DNA of 64,000 nt from Cyanidioschyzon merolae (Eukaryota): the NCBI GenBank assembly GCA_000091205.1, contig AP006492.2. One strand, given 5' to 3'. The notes beneath the pieces were generated by a model. The model did not search any database and had not been told where the DNA came from. It was given only the letters and a program-made list of their open reading frames with translations. How positions within the stretch are numbered: the stretch's first letter is position 1; each line of letters starts with the position of its first letter. Positions 33,455 through 43,476 of the stretch are shown in pieces. Both the position numbers and the translations under genes were made by a program.

Positions 33455-35052
33455 CTACACGAAATGTCTCCCACTGACGTGCAGACGCCTCCCAGTCTTT
33501 TTGGACCGGCCGCCTACTAAGGGTTTCAACTTTTTCTCATATAATTCCACCTTGAGAGGTTCTTCCGCGAAATTCTCTCTGGTCAACTCTGGAGGTCTTC
33601 TTTCTATCACCGCGCACCTCCTTATATTGATAGCGGCGTTAAAGTCTTGGTTCACAAACTTCATACGTTTCTTGCTATTGATTGTACTTCCGGATGCACC
33701 TAGTCCAGAAACTTTCGCTTTCCTTCCCATGTGCTCTTCTGTTAGCGCTCCGTACTTTTGTATATCTTCAGGGCTCCTCTGGCACTTTTTCATCCCCATC
33801 CTCTGAAGTGTACATCCCAACTCATCGTGTATAGGCGATTTCCGGAACTCATCGATCGGTATCGTAACGAAACGCCTGCGCACTCCTTGTATGTTCTTGT
33901 TGACGGCGCTGGTTGACACGCTTTCTGGGTCATCCAGTGCCCTGATCCATACGCTACTAAAAGCCTCTTACTCTTATCTTCCTTTCAGGCGCTCAACTGA
34001 TTGAAGAAATCCGCGGTCGCCCGCTGCTTCCCACAGTATAGATTAACGCGCAGACGAGCCCACCGGGGCTTGGCGTACTCTTTCCACGGCGCTTCCCAGT
34101 CAGCAACACGGACTTTCGTGAATTTCAGAAAAGTTCGAAAGTCCGCTCCTCGGCTCGTCACCTCGCTCATAGCTTCCAGGTGCTCGTTCGCTCCTGCATT
34201 CCATGTCTCAACTTTCTTCCTTGCATTCTTTATGCCCGATTCTCGACAGTATCTTGCTCTCGAGAGCTTGAAAAGACGCATGTCTTTCTGACGCAAGTCA
34301 CCGTCACTGCCATCTTCTGCACGCTTCGGTGCTGCGACGGCTATATTCATCGTGTTTCCGGGGTCCACGCCGACGACAAAGTCACTCTCATGCACCTCCT
34401 GCGTCGCAGGATCCGCCTCTTTCTTTTCTTCGTGCTTCGTCAGGGGCGAAGCCGAAGGCACGATAGGACGATCCGCCTTCAACCGCCGACAGTGTGCACA
34501 CATGGACACTCCATCGGTTTCGATCGTGCCCGTGAATACCCTCTGCTTGCTCACTTTGCGACGTTTGAAATAGAAGATATTCTTCCAGTACGTCTCCCGG
34601 CTTTCACCGGTGAACTCCGTCTTCCTTCCATCGAACTGCGGACAGGTCTCCTCCATGACGCCGTAGAGGACTCTGGAGTCGATAATCACATAGTGCGACT
34701 TGATGCTGCACAGCGGAGCGACGTAGAAGCGCTTACCCAGAAGCGCGGCCTTCTGTCGCTCCGGCTCTTCATTTGCTTTCTGACTCGGCTCCATCTCCGC
34801 CTTGCGCTCGAGTTTTCGGTTCAGGAATCCGAAATAGCGCACAATGGGGCGATAACATCTTTCTTCATCTCTTTTCATATCTGGTACCTTTTCCGCTCGA
34901 TTCGCCAGCGCCAAGACTGCACGGTGCTCTTGAATAGCCGCACGGATTACAGAAGCTTCACTCAGGCACCGGCGTGACGTCTTCATGTCGACAAATTCGA
35001 TCTCCTGTACGTTCTGGCGATCGTTCGTGATGCCGTCGATGATGGCCCACAT
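33455..35052 (-). CDS. TnpB-like, Fanzor-type RuvC nuclease, copy 1. It is split into ORFs 35052..33985 and 33919..33455 in different frames. Either a 41-nt GT-AG intron (33957..33997) joins them or it is a frameshifted pseudogene.
   Basis: The N-terminal ORF of 355 aa contains RuvC-I 'VGVDPGNT'. The C-terminal ORF contains a candidate RuvC-II Glu in 'VTIPIDEF' and RuvC-III '[10 protein letters not shown]'. Splicing 'gttgag...ttttag' out of the minus strand joins '...ADFFN' to '[22 protein letters not shown]...' in frame. Confidence 0.6.
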
Positions 35053-35914
35053 CGCGCGGCGAGAGAGGCCGGGGGGTCCAGCGCAAACATGGCGCGTATC
35101 ATGAAGCGTTCGAGGTTCACGATCATATCGTTCTTCAGGTGCGTGAGGTGCTTGACTGCCCCGCTGGTGTAAACACGCAAGTCACCCCTGTATCGAGTAA
35201 CGTTGAAGCGGTATTCAGCATCATTTTTCATGCCGGGCATCCACTCGCTCATTTCGCCGCGACGTTTCCCCTATAGCAAGCATGAGGTGACGAGTAAAGG
35301 TCTTGTAGAAGGCACGTTCCGAAACCTCAGCTGTTTCCAAGTGCGTCACGTCGCGATACATCTCCCTCGTCATATGCATCGGTCCTCAAGAAGCCTTGCA
35401 AACACTCCCGGAGTTCGACTCGGCACGGTTTCTGATGGCATCTCGCAACTTTTCCCCGTGCGGAGCAGTAGTATGCTTAAGAAGACAGGCTCTCACCACC
35501 ATCTCGTCGTATCGCCGTCTTTCTTGCAGCCTTTATTGTCGGACCTCCCGCTTTTGCTCCTTCGTCCTCTCCTGTTCTTCTGAACTCGGCACCGTTTTTT
35601 GTTTTTTCTCTGCCGGCTGTCGACGCTGTGCCCCCTGGATCCTCCATTTCCTTTTCCATGACTTTCCTTTTTTACATGTTTGGAAATGAGACTTCTTTGA
35701 ACGCTTCTGCTACAAACCGCGAAAAATCACTTGAAAACAGTTACTTGAGGGTTAGTACACAACTGAGGTGAAGGACTGTACTCTGCTACGACTACAACGC
35801 AAATACGACCTGTACGGTAGAGTAACAAGAAAACGATTAGGAAAGATCGCGTTTCCCTTCAACGGCGAGATGCGCGTCGTATCTGCTGGCTACCAGGCAT
35901 GGAGGTGGGCGTAT

Positions 35915-36590
35915 CGAGCGCATTATTTAGAACAAAGAACAGAGACTAACAACTTACTAGCAACGATATAACGATTTCTATCCCCATCTACGATGAACAT
36001 TAAAAGGGGAAAACTTTCCGTATCTTCGGAAGTTTAACTTATGGGTGGAGGGTCCCGCAAGCCGGACTAGTCGTCAAGGCTAGTGCTTCGTGCTCTCCCT
36101 CGTGGAAGGCGCCATGATGAGAGCTGCACAGGTCGTCCAAAACGCAGTTTTTTCTGGGACTCGGAGAATGTATGCTGCGTCTGGGCACCGCCCCAGGTAG
36201 TAGTGGGCTTCTAGTATATCGCTTCGCGCTCTCGCAGGCAGAAGGCCTGCCTGCCCAGTTTCCAGGCTCCCGGAATGATAATCAGCCCTGAATCCGGGTC
36301 AAATGTACCATTCTTCGAGACGACGCCTTCACTGGTATGGCAAATCCGTTCTGTCGCTGTGCAGCATGCGCTCCAGCGGTTTAGGCGCTACGACGTGTGC
36401 TCAGTGTAGACACTCGGCGCACGATAGAGCATATGAAACGACCAGTATATCCGCGAGTAAGCTTGAGAAATGGAACTTGAAGATAGGTGCAGCATGATGG
36501 ACGCTTTCGCGAATGCCATCATCCATCCACTCCGAAATCTCGGATTTGTGGTCAATGTACACGCGTACCATCGATAAAAAATCAGCGGCA
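35915..36590. repeat. Diverged repeat family C, copy 1, about 70-75% identical to 59005..59680.
   Basis: Shared blocks include 'ctagcaac.agata...ctacgat.aac.tt.aaaggggaaa..tt' and 'gcgcacgat.gaacgtacagaacgaccagta.atccg.gag...ggaacttgaag...gatggacgctttc.cgaatg'. The minus-strand ORFs 36401..36697 and 59414..59668 share 'FKFH..LL.D.LVV.Y..SCA'. Confidence 0.55.
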
Positions 36591-37289
36591 TCCTCCGCTG
36601 GACACCGGCGGGAGCTGCCACGTGGCAGCACAAACGTGCGATTGCAAAGCATCCGTGTACCCGTGTCGCCGTCCGCGGCAGCGCCTCGGAGCAGCAATCA
36701 CCGCCACGAGCACACGGCGGTGGCTGCACGTGTGCGTGCGCTTCTATAACGCCCGATAGAGCATTCGAATTCGGCGTTCTACCGTAGTGCGCAGCACCGA
36801 GCGCTAGACACGTTACGGAGCTTTCTTCACTTTTGTTTCATCATGGTTTGGGACTATAAGCTGCTCGACTCTGTATCCGTCAGTCCACTTGACTGCATCT
36901 ACCAGTTTTTCTGCCTTCCCTGTGCGTGGGGTGAGTTGTACGCGGTCGACCAAGGAGAGCGCTGTCTTCAGCCGCAGTGCCTCATAGGCACCCTCATCGC
37001 CTTCGTGCCGGTTTTAAACTGCTTTTGCTTTGCAAACCGGCGCGCTGAGCAGATGGAACGTATGGGAATGTACGTTGACTATCTTGAGGTATGCGCTGTT
37101 ATTTGTGGTTTTCCCAGCGCTTGCTGCTTTGTGCACCAGGAGCGACTGCAGTACAATGGAACAGGTGCAGAGCCGAAGCTCATTCTCATGGAGTAATTTC
37201 GGTTGACGACATATGACAGGATTTCTGGTCTGTATCTCCACGATCTAGGTAACTGAAGTTTATATCTGCTCTGCAGGATCTACTTGAAC

Positions 37290-38957
37290 TCAGCGACCTG
37301 GCCTTGGTGGTGGAGTCGTACTTTGGAACCTGAGGGCGCGATAATTCTCTATCTCAGCCAGAGGTCGAAAAGGCTTAGCTAGGAAGCGATCATGATCGCG
37401 TTTCTTATGAGGGAACGTAAATAAGTTTTCTGCCATCAGCGCGGCAAGCGTTACCAGCAGTCCAGCTACAAAAATTGCCAGAAAAACCAAGATCCAGAAA
37501 CGATTGTGGCGCGCGGTACCAGCGATAAGCGGTACAACCTCCTTTCCCAGCGCGATGATGAGCTCCAGCATAATCAGAACAATGATAATGACCTCCAGCC
37601 GGCTGCTATGCCTGAACTGGAGCTCGCTACTCAACAGGTTCAACAGTTCCCGGACAACGTCAACACGTTTGTTCAACATCTCAACTCGTTGCGGTAGTTC
37701 TAAATAGCGCTCAACGAGACGATACAGAGAATCGTATTCGGGATGGTTCCAGATAATGTCAGGCGGATCCAGAACATCCGCAAAGAGGTACAGAATGTGC
37801 CTGTCCATCACCAGACTCCCCAGCGTCATGGCGATATCCCGGCGACTCCGCGAGACAATTGCACCTGTGGCCGCCAGCTCCGCAGCCAGATCACGCGTCG
37901 CCTCGACGCTTCGCTGAACACTCTCTTCAAAGCTGGACAGCTTGATAGATTGTGCCATGCCATGCGATGCAGCAAGCTTCGCTAGAACTGAAGCATCCGG
38001 CATCATCAGAATGTCTGAGACGAAACGCGGTTGATCCCCGCTTATTTCGTATGCAAAGTCATCAGACTCGGGTTCGTCAAGGCCGTCGCGTTCACAAAAT
38101 GATCGAATGATGGTCAGTAGATGGCGCTCCTCTTCGGGATCGAGATGCCACATGACCACAACACCGTAGCGAAAGATGAAGACATCGCCGGGCTCTTCAG
38201 CGGCGTCGTCTTCACTGACCATAGCTGCCCGCCGGGGTCGAGCGTGAATCACCAACGAGTCGTCGACCAAACCAGCCTGATTATTGGACCAGACTCTCAT
38301 TCGTCGAAGAGCTCGCACCATGTCATACTCCTTGGCGGTGCAGTACGTTGTAATGCGATATCGCCTGGCGTGATCGGTGCCCTCGATATCCCTCTGTAGT
38401 CTGGCGGTGCGTGCACGGGCGCGCACTTTTCGGCGGAGCGTTGCGGCTGCAACCTCTGGGGGCGCCGCTGCAGCTGCTGCTAACAGCTCGGCCTCCTCGG
38501 CGTTCGCCTCAAAATCGTCACCTTCTTCGGGGTCGATCGCGGTCGACGAAGACTCGGTCGGGGGATTCGACCCCGTGATCTGCAGCTCGCGGCCTTTGTT
38601 CCCCAGCAATTCGCTGTTTTCACAGGAACGTAAAATCGTCGTGTTGCCTTTTTCAAAGCTGAACGGCTTGCGTCGTACTTCGGGGAGCCAGCGGCTGCTC
38701 TGCGTTCCGCTGATACGGCCGCCTGCCAGCACGTGCCTAACGTGCTCTGTTCTCAGCCTTGCTTGCTTTCTTGGAAGCGCGGGCGGAGACAGCAGCACGT
38801 GCCTCAGTTGCAAGGATTCACTGCGCAATATCCGTAACTGGGCGCCCGCACGAAACCGGTACCCCGCAAGGTCCGCGGTGTGCTGCGTACTGCAGCACCA
38901 CGCACCGCCGGCAAAAGCCAACCGTCCACCAAAGCCGGTCTTTTGCAATTCTCGCAT
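37290..38957 (-). CDS. RMD1/Sif2-family (DUF155) protein.
   Basis: The signature DUF155 block is 'GDVFIFRYGVVVMWHLDPEEERHLL...DDFAYEISGDQPRFVSDILMMPD...IAMTLGSLVMDRHILYLF'. A C-terminal TM helix is present. The N-terminus is basic and presequence-like. Confidence 0.6.
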   Translation of the reverse strand: MRELQKTGFGGRLAFAGGAWCCSTQHTADLAGYRFRAGAQLRILRSESLQLRHVLLSPPALPRKQARLRTEHVRHVLAGGRISGTQSSRWLPEVRRKPFSFEKGNTTILRSCENSELLGNKGRELQITGSNPPTESSSTAIDPEEGDDFEANAEEAELLAAAAAAPPEVAAATLRRKVRARARTARLQRDIEGTDHARRYRITTYCTAKEYDMVRALRRMRVWSNNQAGLVDDSLVIHARPRRAAMVSEDDAAEEPGDVFIFRYGVVVMWHLDPEEERHLLTIIRSFCERDGLDEPESDDFAYEISGDQPRFVSDILMMPDASVLAKLAASHGMAQSIKLSSFEESVQRSVEATRDLAAELAATGAIVSRSRRDIAMTLGSLVMDRHILYLFADVLDPPDIIWNHPEYDSLYRLVERYLELPQRVEMLNKRVDVVRELLNLLSSELQFRHSSRLEVIIIVLIMLELIIALGKEVVPLIAGTARHNRFWILVFLAIFVAGLLVTLAALMAENLFTFPHKKRDHDRFLAKPFRPLAEIENYRALRFQSTTPPPRPGR

Positions 38958-40006
38958 ATTTCAAATAGGATTGCTTCTTTTACGGTCTGTTATAGTCCAG
39001 ACATGAGGAATCGCGACGGAGTGCCTCGACAGCTCGTGACGGGTACACGCTGCCTCCAACAAGGCGAATGCCTTCGTTCTGGTGCCCCGGCCACTGGGCG
39101 ATGGTGGCGTTTGCGTGAGGGCTATCGTCTGCGGCCGTGGCACCGAGTCCGCCGCTTTTGGTAAAGCGCCTGACTCTATGAGTGTCACTTTTGCTCGTCT
39201 CAGTGCGAAGCTGGGACCCCAAAGCAATCGGACTGCAATCGTTAACGACTTTGTTCTGCTTTAGACCGGGGAGCGTCGCTTTACTGTACGCACCGGCATC
39301 CGAGAGAGCCCAGCGGACGCTGGGCGGCTACGTGGTCCACCGAGCCAGGTGCACCCGAAACCAGCAGAACGTGTTTCGCAACCTGACAAACACGCCGCAC
39401 TGCGCCCCCAGCTTTGTTCTGGGAGCAGTTTGCACGCCGTGGTTACGAAGCCCTCTAACGCTGGTGTCGAGCTAGGTGTGGCGTCGGTCACATCGCTTGC
39501 ACTGCCTCACCGTTCCAGTAGAGCGTGCTCCTTCGAGAAGTCTGCCAGCGGAGCGTACCCTCGAACACGCTTTGGAGTGATACGGCTGTGTTTGCCGCTG
39601 CCGCTGCGCTCATGACTCCGAATTATCTGTGCGCACGGCATGGAAAAGATGCAGATGACTGAGTGTCAGTAGGACGCGTAAATGTGTGTTGTGGCTTTTG
39701 GAACTGGGAGGAGTAGTGCGCACTGCTGAACGCTTCCCCGGATGGGGGCAGCAGTCGCGCAAGCATGTCTCCCTGATTAGTGCAAAGGATGCAGCAGTTC
39801 TTGGGAAAGTTGCGTACATCGCAAACACAAATGTAAGCGCAAGTTGCGTCGCCGTTGATGAGTGCAACCGCATCGGGCGCTGACCCGTCTCCTACTGACG
39901 TCGGCGAGGTTCCCGTTGGAGTTATAGATGGCCAGTGCGCAGTTCCCATGCTGGATTTGGCCTGCGAAATCCATGGGAATAACGACAAGCGCTTTACAAC
40001 CGGTGT

Positions 40007-41477
40007 CAGCGTAGAATCGAATGCTGAACTGCTGGCTCTGTCCGCGCCTCGCGATTATTTTCCGAAATATTTGAAGGTGTACAGCCTCTGCATTGGACAT
40101 GCAGCAATCAGGGCCCATGGATGCTGACGTGGATTAGGATTCGCGGTCATCGTTTCACAGCGGCTCCTTCAACACTTTGCTGCTGGAATTCGATACGCGG
40201 TACCGGAATCAAGATGATTACCGATATGGTCCAACAAGGGCGTCCCTGGAATCAACGATCCCGTTACTTAATGGATACGCGGTACCGGAATCAAGATGAT
40301 TATCGATATGGTCCAACAAGGGCGTCCCTGAAAGCATCGATCCCGTTACTTAATGGATACGCACAAGCCTGTACGCTTCTCCTCAACGTATGAGTACCAT
40401 GCTCGAATAAAGTATGCTTCAGGTTTTCGATTTCTCTCTCTGTGCGTGTGTGTGTGTGTCAAGGCAACTCGTGAGCGCACCTATTCCGTCCATTGGATTG
40501 CCGACGGGAAAGCGCCGCGACGTCGTCCCTGCACGACTTGCTTACGAGCGCCCGCCCGAAACTCACTACATGCTTCACGTCAATAACCGATTCCATTCGC
40601 AAGACAAATCATGCTTTCGTTCAAACCAACGATGAAACGTCATCCGATGCCAGCACCATCCCTCTTGCGGGATACGCTCCGCGACGCTCCCGACTCTTCT
40701 GCGTGCCCGGCAACGAGTTTCGCGCTCAAAGGGGCGTCATCGCCGCGGCCCCTTCCAGTGGAGCATGCGTCGCAACTTTACACGAAGGAGGCGTACACGG
40801 ACCGGAATTTACCAAGTGGTTCCCCCAGCCTGCATATCCCTCCCGGTACTTGTCTGTTCATGGAGAGCACCGGGCCCCAAAAAGCATCCACCGAGCTGGA
40901 CAGCGTGCGCTTGCGTACACAGCGGACAGCGAACTCGACGAGGTGATCGCCCAGAGCAAGCGCGTCCTCTTCGAACACGGCACCGGGCATGGAATCGGAG
41001 GCGGACCCTTAGGGAAGCCTACCTATAGCGCTCCATCGCATGTGCGGGGCGATGTGTCAGGCCTTGAGGCGCGGTACTCCAGCGCTCTTAGGCGCAAATG
41101 CAGTGTGTCGATGCGAAAACGTGGCCACAGCCAGTTGTCACCGATGCGAATGACGCTCTGTGGCGGTGTACAAACATAGATGAGCGCTGGAAGCGAAGCG
41201 TGGACTGCATCCACCGCCTGCGCATGACATGCGTGGACAACAGCCAGATGCATCGAACTCGAGACTTGAACGCTTATAGGAACGTCCGCCGATCTCCGGC
41301 AACCGAGGTCGACGGACCGGAGAGGCCGGTGTATCTAAAGCCGGCGCCTAGAGAGAAAGACGGCGAAAAAGCAGTCCCAACGCCAGTCGCGAACAGCTGG
41401 CGTTGATGACCCTGGGATGACACTCCTCCGTAGCTTTAGAGTACGCGCTCGTATTCGTGGACTTGTTTCATACTGCT
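40007..41477. repeat. Interspersed repeat family B, copy 2. It has an internal ~70-bp tandem duplication at ~40201-40340 and a shorter (GT)n than copy 1.
   Basis: 'cggtaccggaatcaagatgatta(c/t)cgatatggtccaacaagggcgtccctg..' occurs twice in tandem here but once in copy 1. The 228-aa ORF 40493..41179 is intact. Confidence 0.8.
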
Positions 41478-42181
41478 CGGGCATGGATAAAGAGCGCCTA
41501 GCGATCTCATCGACTTCATCGATCCTGAATCAAAACGAAATGCACACGTTCGGCTGCTTCGATCAGCGAGAACGCGTCGTCGCATCACATGGTCGGGACA
41601 TCGCTGCGGCAAAGACCTGCACACGAAAGCGGAACGCCCCAAAGACATCTTCAGAAGCGAATGTCTGTTTTTACGCAGTATGCAACGATCACATGGCGTA
41701 GTGCCAAGCTCCTGGACTTCGTTTCGTACGTGATGAGCGCGTACACCCCAGGAAATCCCGTTTTAACCGCTTGTTTATCTGAACCTATGACCCAGAGTTA
41801 GAGCGAGCAACATGACTGTGCGTGAAAGACTGCAAAAATTTCCCAGATAAAGTACCAGGTTCATGATTGGATTCATTGCCCGCGGGATGATGACACACCC
41901 AGATTTGCCCGAGATCCAATCTCATAGAAAGCGCACTCGCGAGGAACAGGCTCCAGCTACCACCGCCGCAGCACCGCAACATCCAGCACATGACCAGCGC
42001 AAGCGTGTCGCTCGCACAGAGCGTTCGAGCTCGGTTTCACATCCCGAGCTGGCCTACTCGCAAATATGACGCAAGCCGTTCGTCGTGATGTCGTCGGGTG
42101 CTCGAGTCCCTGGGCATCGTGAGTGCTCCAGCATCGTCCAGTATGAATGGCTCGGTCAGCGTGGTCATCGGCGACGAAGCG

Positions 42182-43048
42182 CTAGCGCTCCGCTCGACAT
42201 CCGAGAGATGCACGAGTCGGGGCACCGGTCAGCGGATTCTCTCCGTCGAGCGTCGGGTTTCGGCATAGCCGTCTCAAGCCGTACTCGCCAATATAGACAT
42301 CTGTAAAGTCAACATCACGCACATTCGTACCATCGCTGAACATTGAATCTGAAAGAACCGCATTCCTAAAAACGCTTCCACTGAGATCAGCATTCTCAAA
42401 GTTGACACGGTCAACGACTGCGTCCTCGAAATCGCATCTGCGGCATTTGAAGCCCGGTGCGTATGCCTTGCTCAGCTGCGTGGACCGGAAACGCGCCTCA
42501 TCCGCGGTTGCGCCTTCGAGCAGAACCCCACTCAGATCATATCCACTAAAGTCTCTACCGCGTAAATCGCAAAACCTCCCGTCTAGGAACTTATCGCGTG
42601 CAGCATTCGCTTGGCCAATCGTCGACGACGTCAAGTTGCACCGGTTCGGGTCCGTCATATCGACCGGTGGTAGCTTGAAAGCTGGCGAAGGCGCGGCAAA
42701 CAGTCCCATTGGATCCACGAAACAAAACAGCAGCGGGACCATATACAAACCGACTGCTAAGCTTTGTGTCAGATTCGATAGGCGTTGCCCGGGCGTGCCC
42801 CAGCTGGCTCGAGGTGCAACCGGTGACCCAAGCCGCAGACGACCTTCTCGGCACTGGTGTCGAACGCGTAGACGTTTCGCGTCGGACCCCGCAAAGGCAC
42901 GCTCCCAAAGAAACCGCCCCGTGTTGGATATTGCTGATCGCGTACCTAGTTGCACGCCTGTGCCGATAAAAGCCACCGTCACATAGCGCTGACGCGGAGC
43001 AGGCGCCACGACACCCAAGTCATCCAGTGCTGGTGCAAACTTTGTCAT
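42182..43048 (-). CDS. Pentapeptide-repeat protein of the thylakoid-lumen type, with a hydrophobic signal/lumen-targeting segment.
   Basis: Tandem A(D/N)LxG-type pentapeptides occur in 'CDLRGRDFSGYDLSGVLLEGATADEARFRSTQLSKAYAPGFKCRRCDFEDAVVDRVNFENADLSGSVFRNAVLSDSMFSDGTNVRDVDFTDVYI'. An upstream hydrophobic stretch is 'LAVGLYMVPLLFCFV'. Confidence 0.55.
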   Translation of the reverse strand: MTKFAPALDDLGVVAPAPRQRYVTVAFIGTGVQLGTRSAISNTGRFLWERAFAGSDAKRLRVRHQCREGRLRLGSPVAPRASWGTPGQRLSNLTQSLAVGLYMVPLLFCFVDPMGLFAAPSPAFKLPPVDMTDPNRCNLTSSTIGQANAARDKFLDGRFCDLRGRDFSGYDLSGVLLEGATADEARFRSTQLSKAYAPGFKCRRCDFEDAVVDRVNFENADLSGSVFRNAVLSDSMFSDGTNVRDVDFTDVYIGEYGLRRLCRNPTLDGENPLTGAPTRASLGCRAER

Positions 43049-43476
43049 CGTTTCCCAAAAGACTCTCTAGCGTACTTGAAACCTGACCTTGCAGGTTTCT
43101 TCCTAGTGTGTCGAGCCGAGTCTTGACCCGCGAACACGCTCGACAAGAGCACGCCCTTCCGAACGACAAGCGATCGCGCAGGCACGTACCATAAATCCCT
43201 TGCTGAACGGTACGCATCGCACGCCCGGCACGTCACCACGGGCGTATCTGGTGATGTGGTACGCGCTGGGTGTCGAGCATCGCGTCACACTTGAAACGCT
43301 TTCAATCTGTACATAGAAGCCATTTTATATACAGAGCGGACGACGCTGTGCACGCCGAGTCACCGGTGGCCGCCCTCTGACGCGCACGCTGTGCACGAGA
43401 CGCCAGTCGGCTGCGTGCGCGCGTCGCTCACCAGCAGAACGGGTGGTATCGCGCGGCACGCAGAGGCGCGTGTTTC

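Larger units (their letters stand above)
33425..35878 (-). mobile_element. Fanzor/TnpB-like (OMEGA-type) element, copy 1 (~2.45 kb). Its single gene encodes a RuvC-type nuclease, preceded by ~0.8 kb of 5' region.
   Basis: 98-99% identical to 54343..56788. The hallmark RuvC-III motif is '[19 protein letters not shown]' and the RuvC-I motif is '[19 protein letters not shown]'. The similarity boundaries with copy 2 are sharp and the flanks are unrelated. Confidence 0.65.

Noticed and set aside
33425-35878. Terminal inverted repeats or target-site duplications for the Fanzor-like element
   Set aside because: An initial impression of an imperfect TIR ('gacgtgcagacgcc' against 'gacgcgcatctcgcc') disappeared once the true left boundary was placed ~40 nt further out. 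With the revised ends (33425/54343 and 35878/56788) I see no convincing TIR or TSD. IS200/605-like elements lack both, so their absence is not evidence against mobility.
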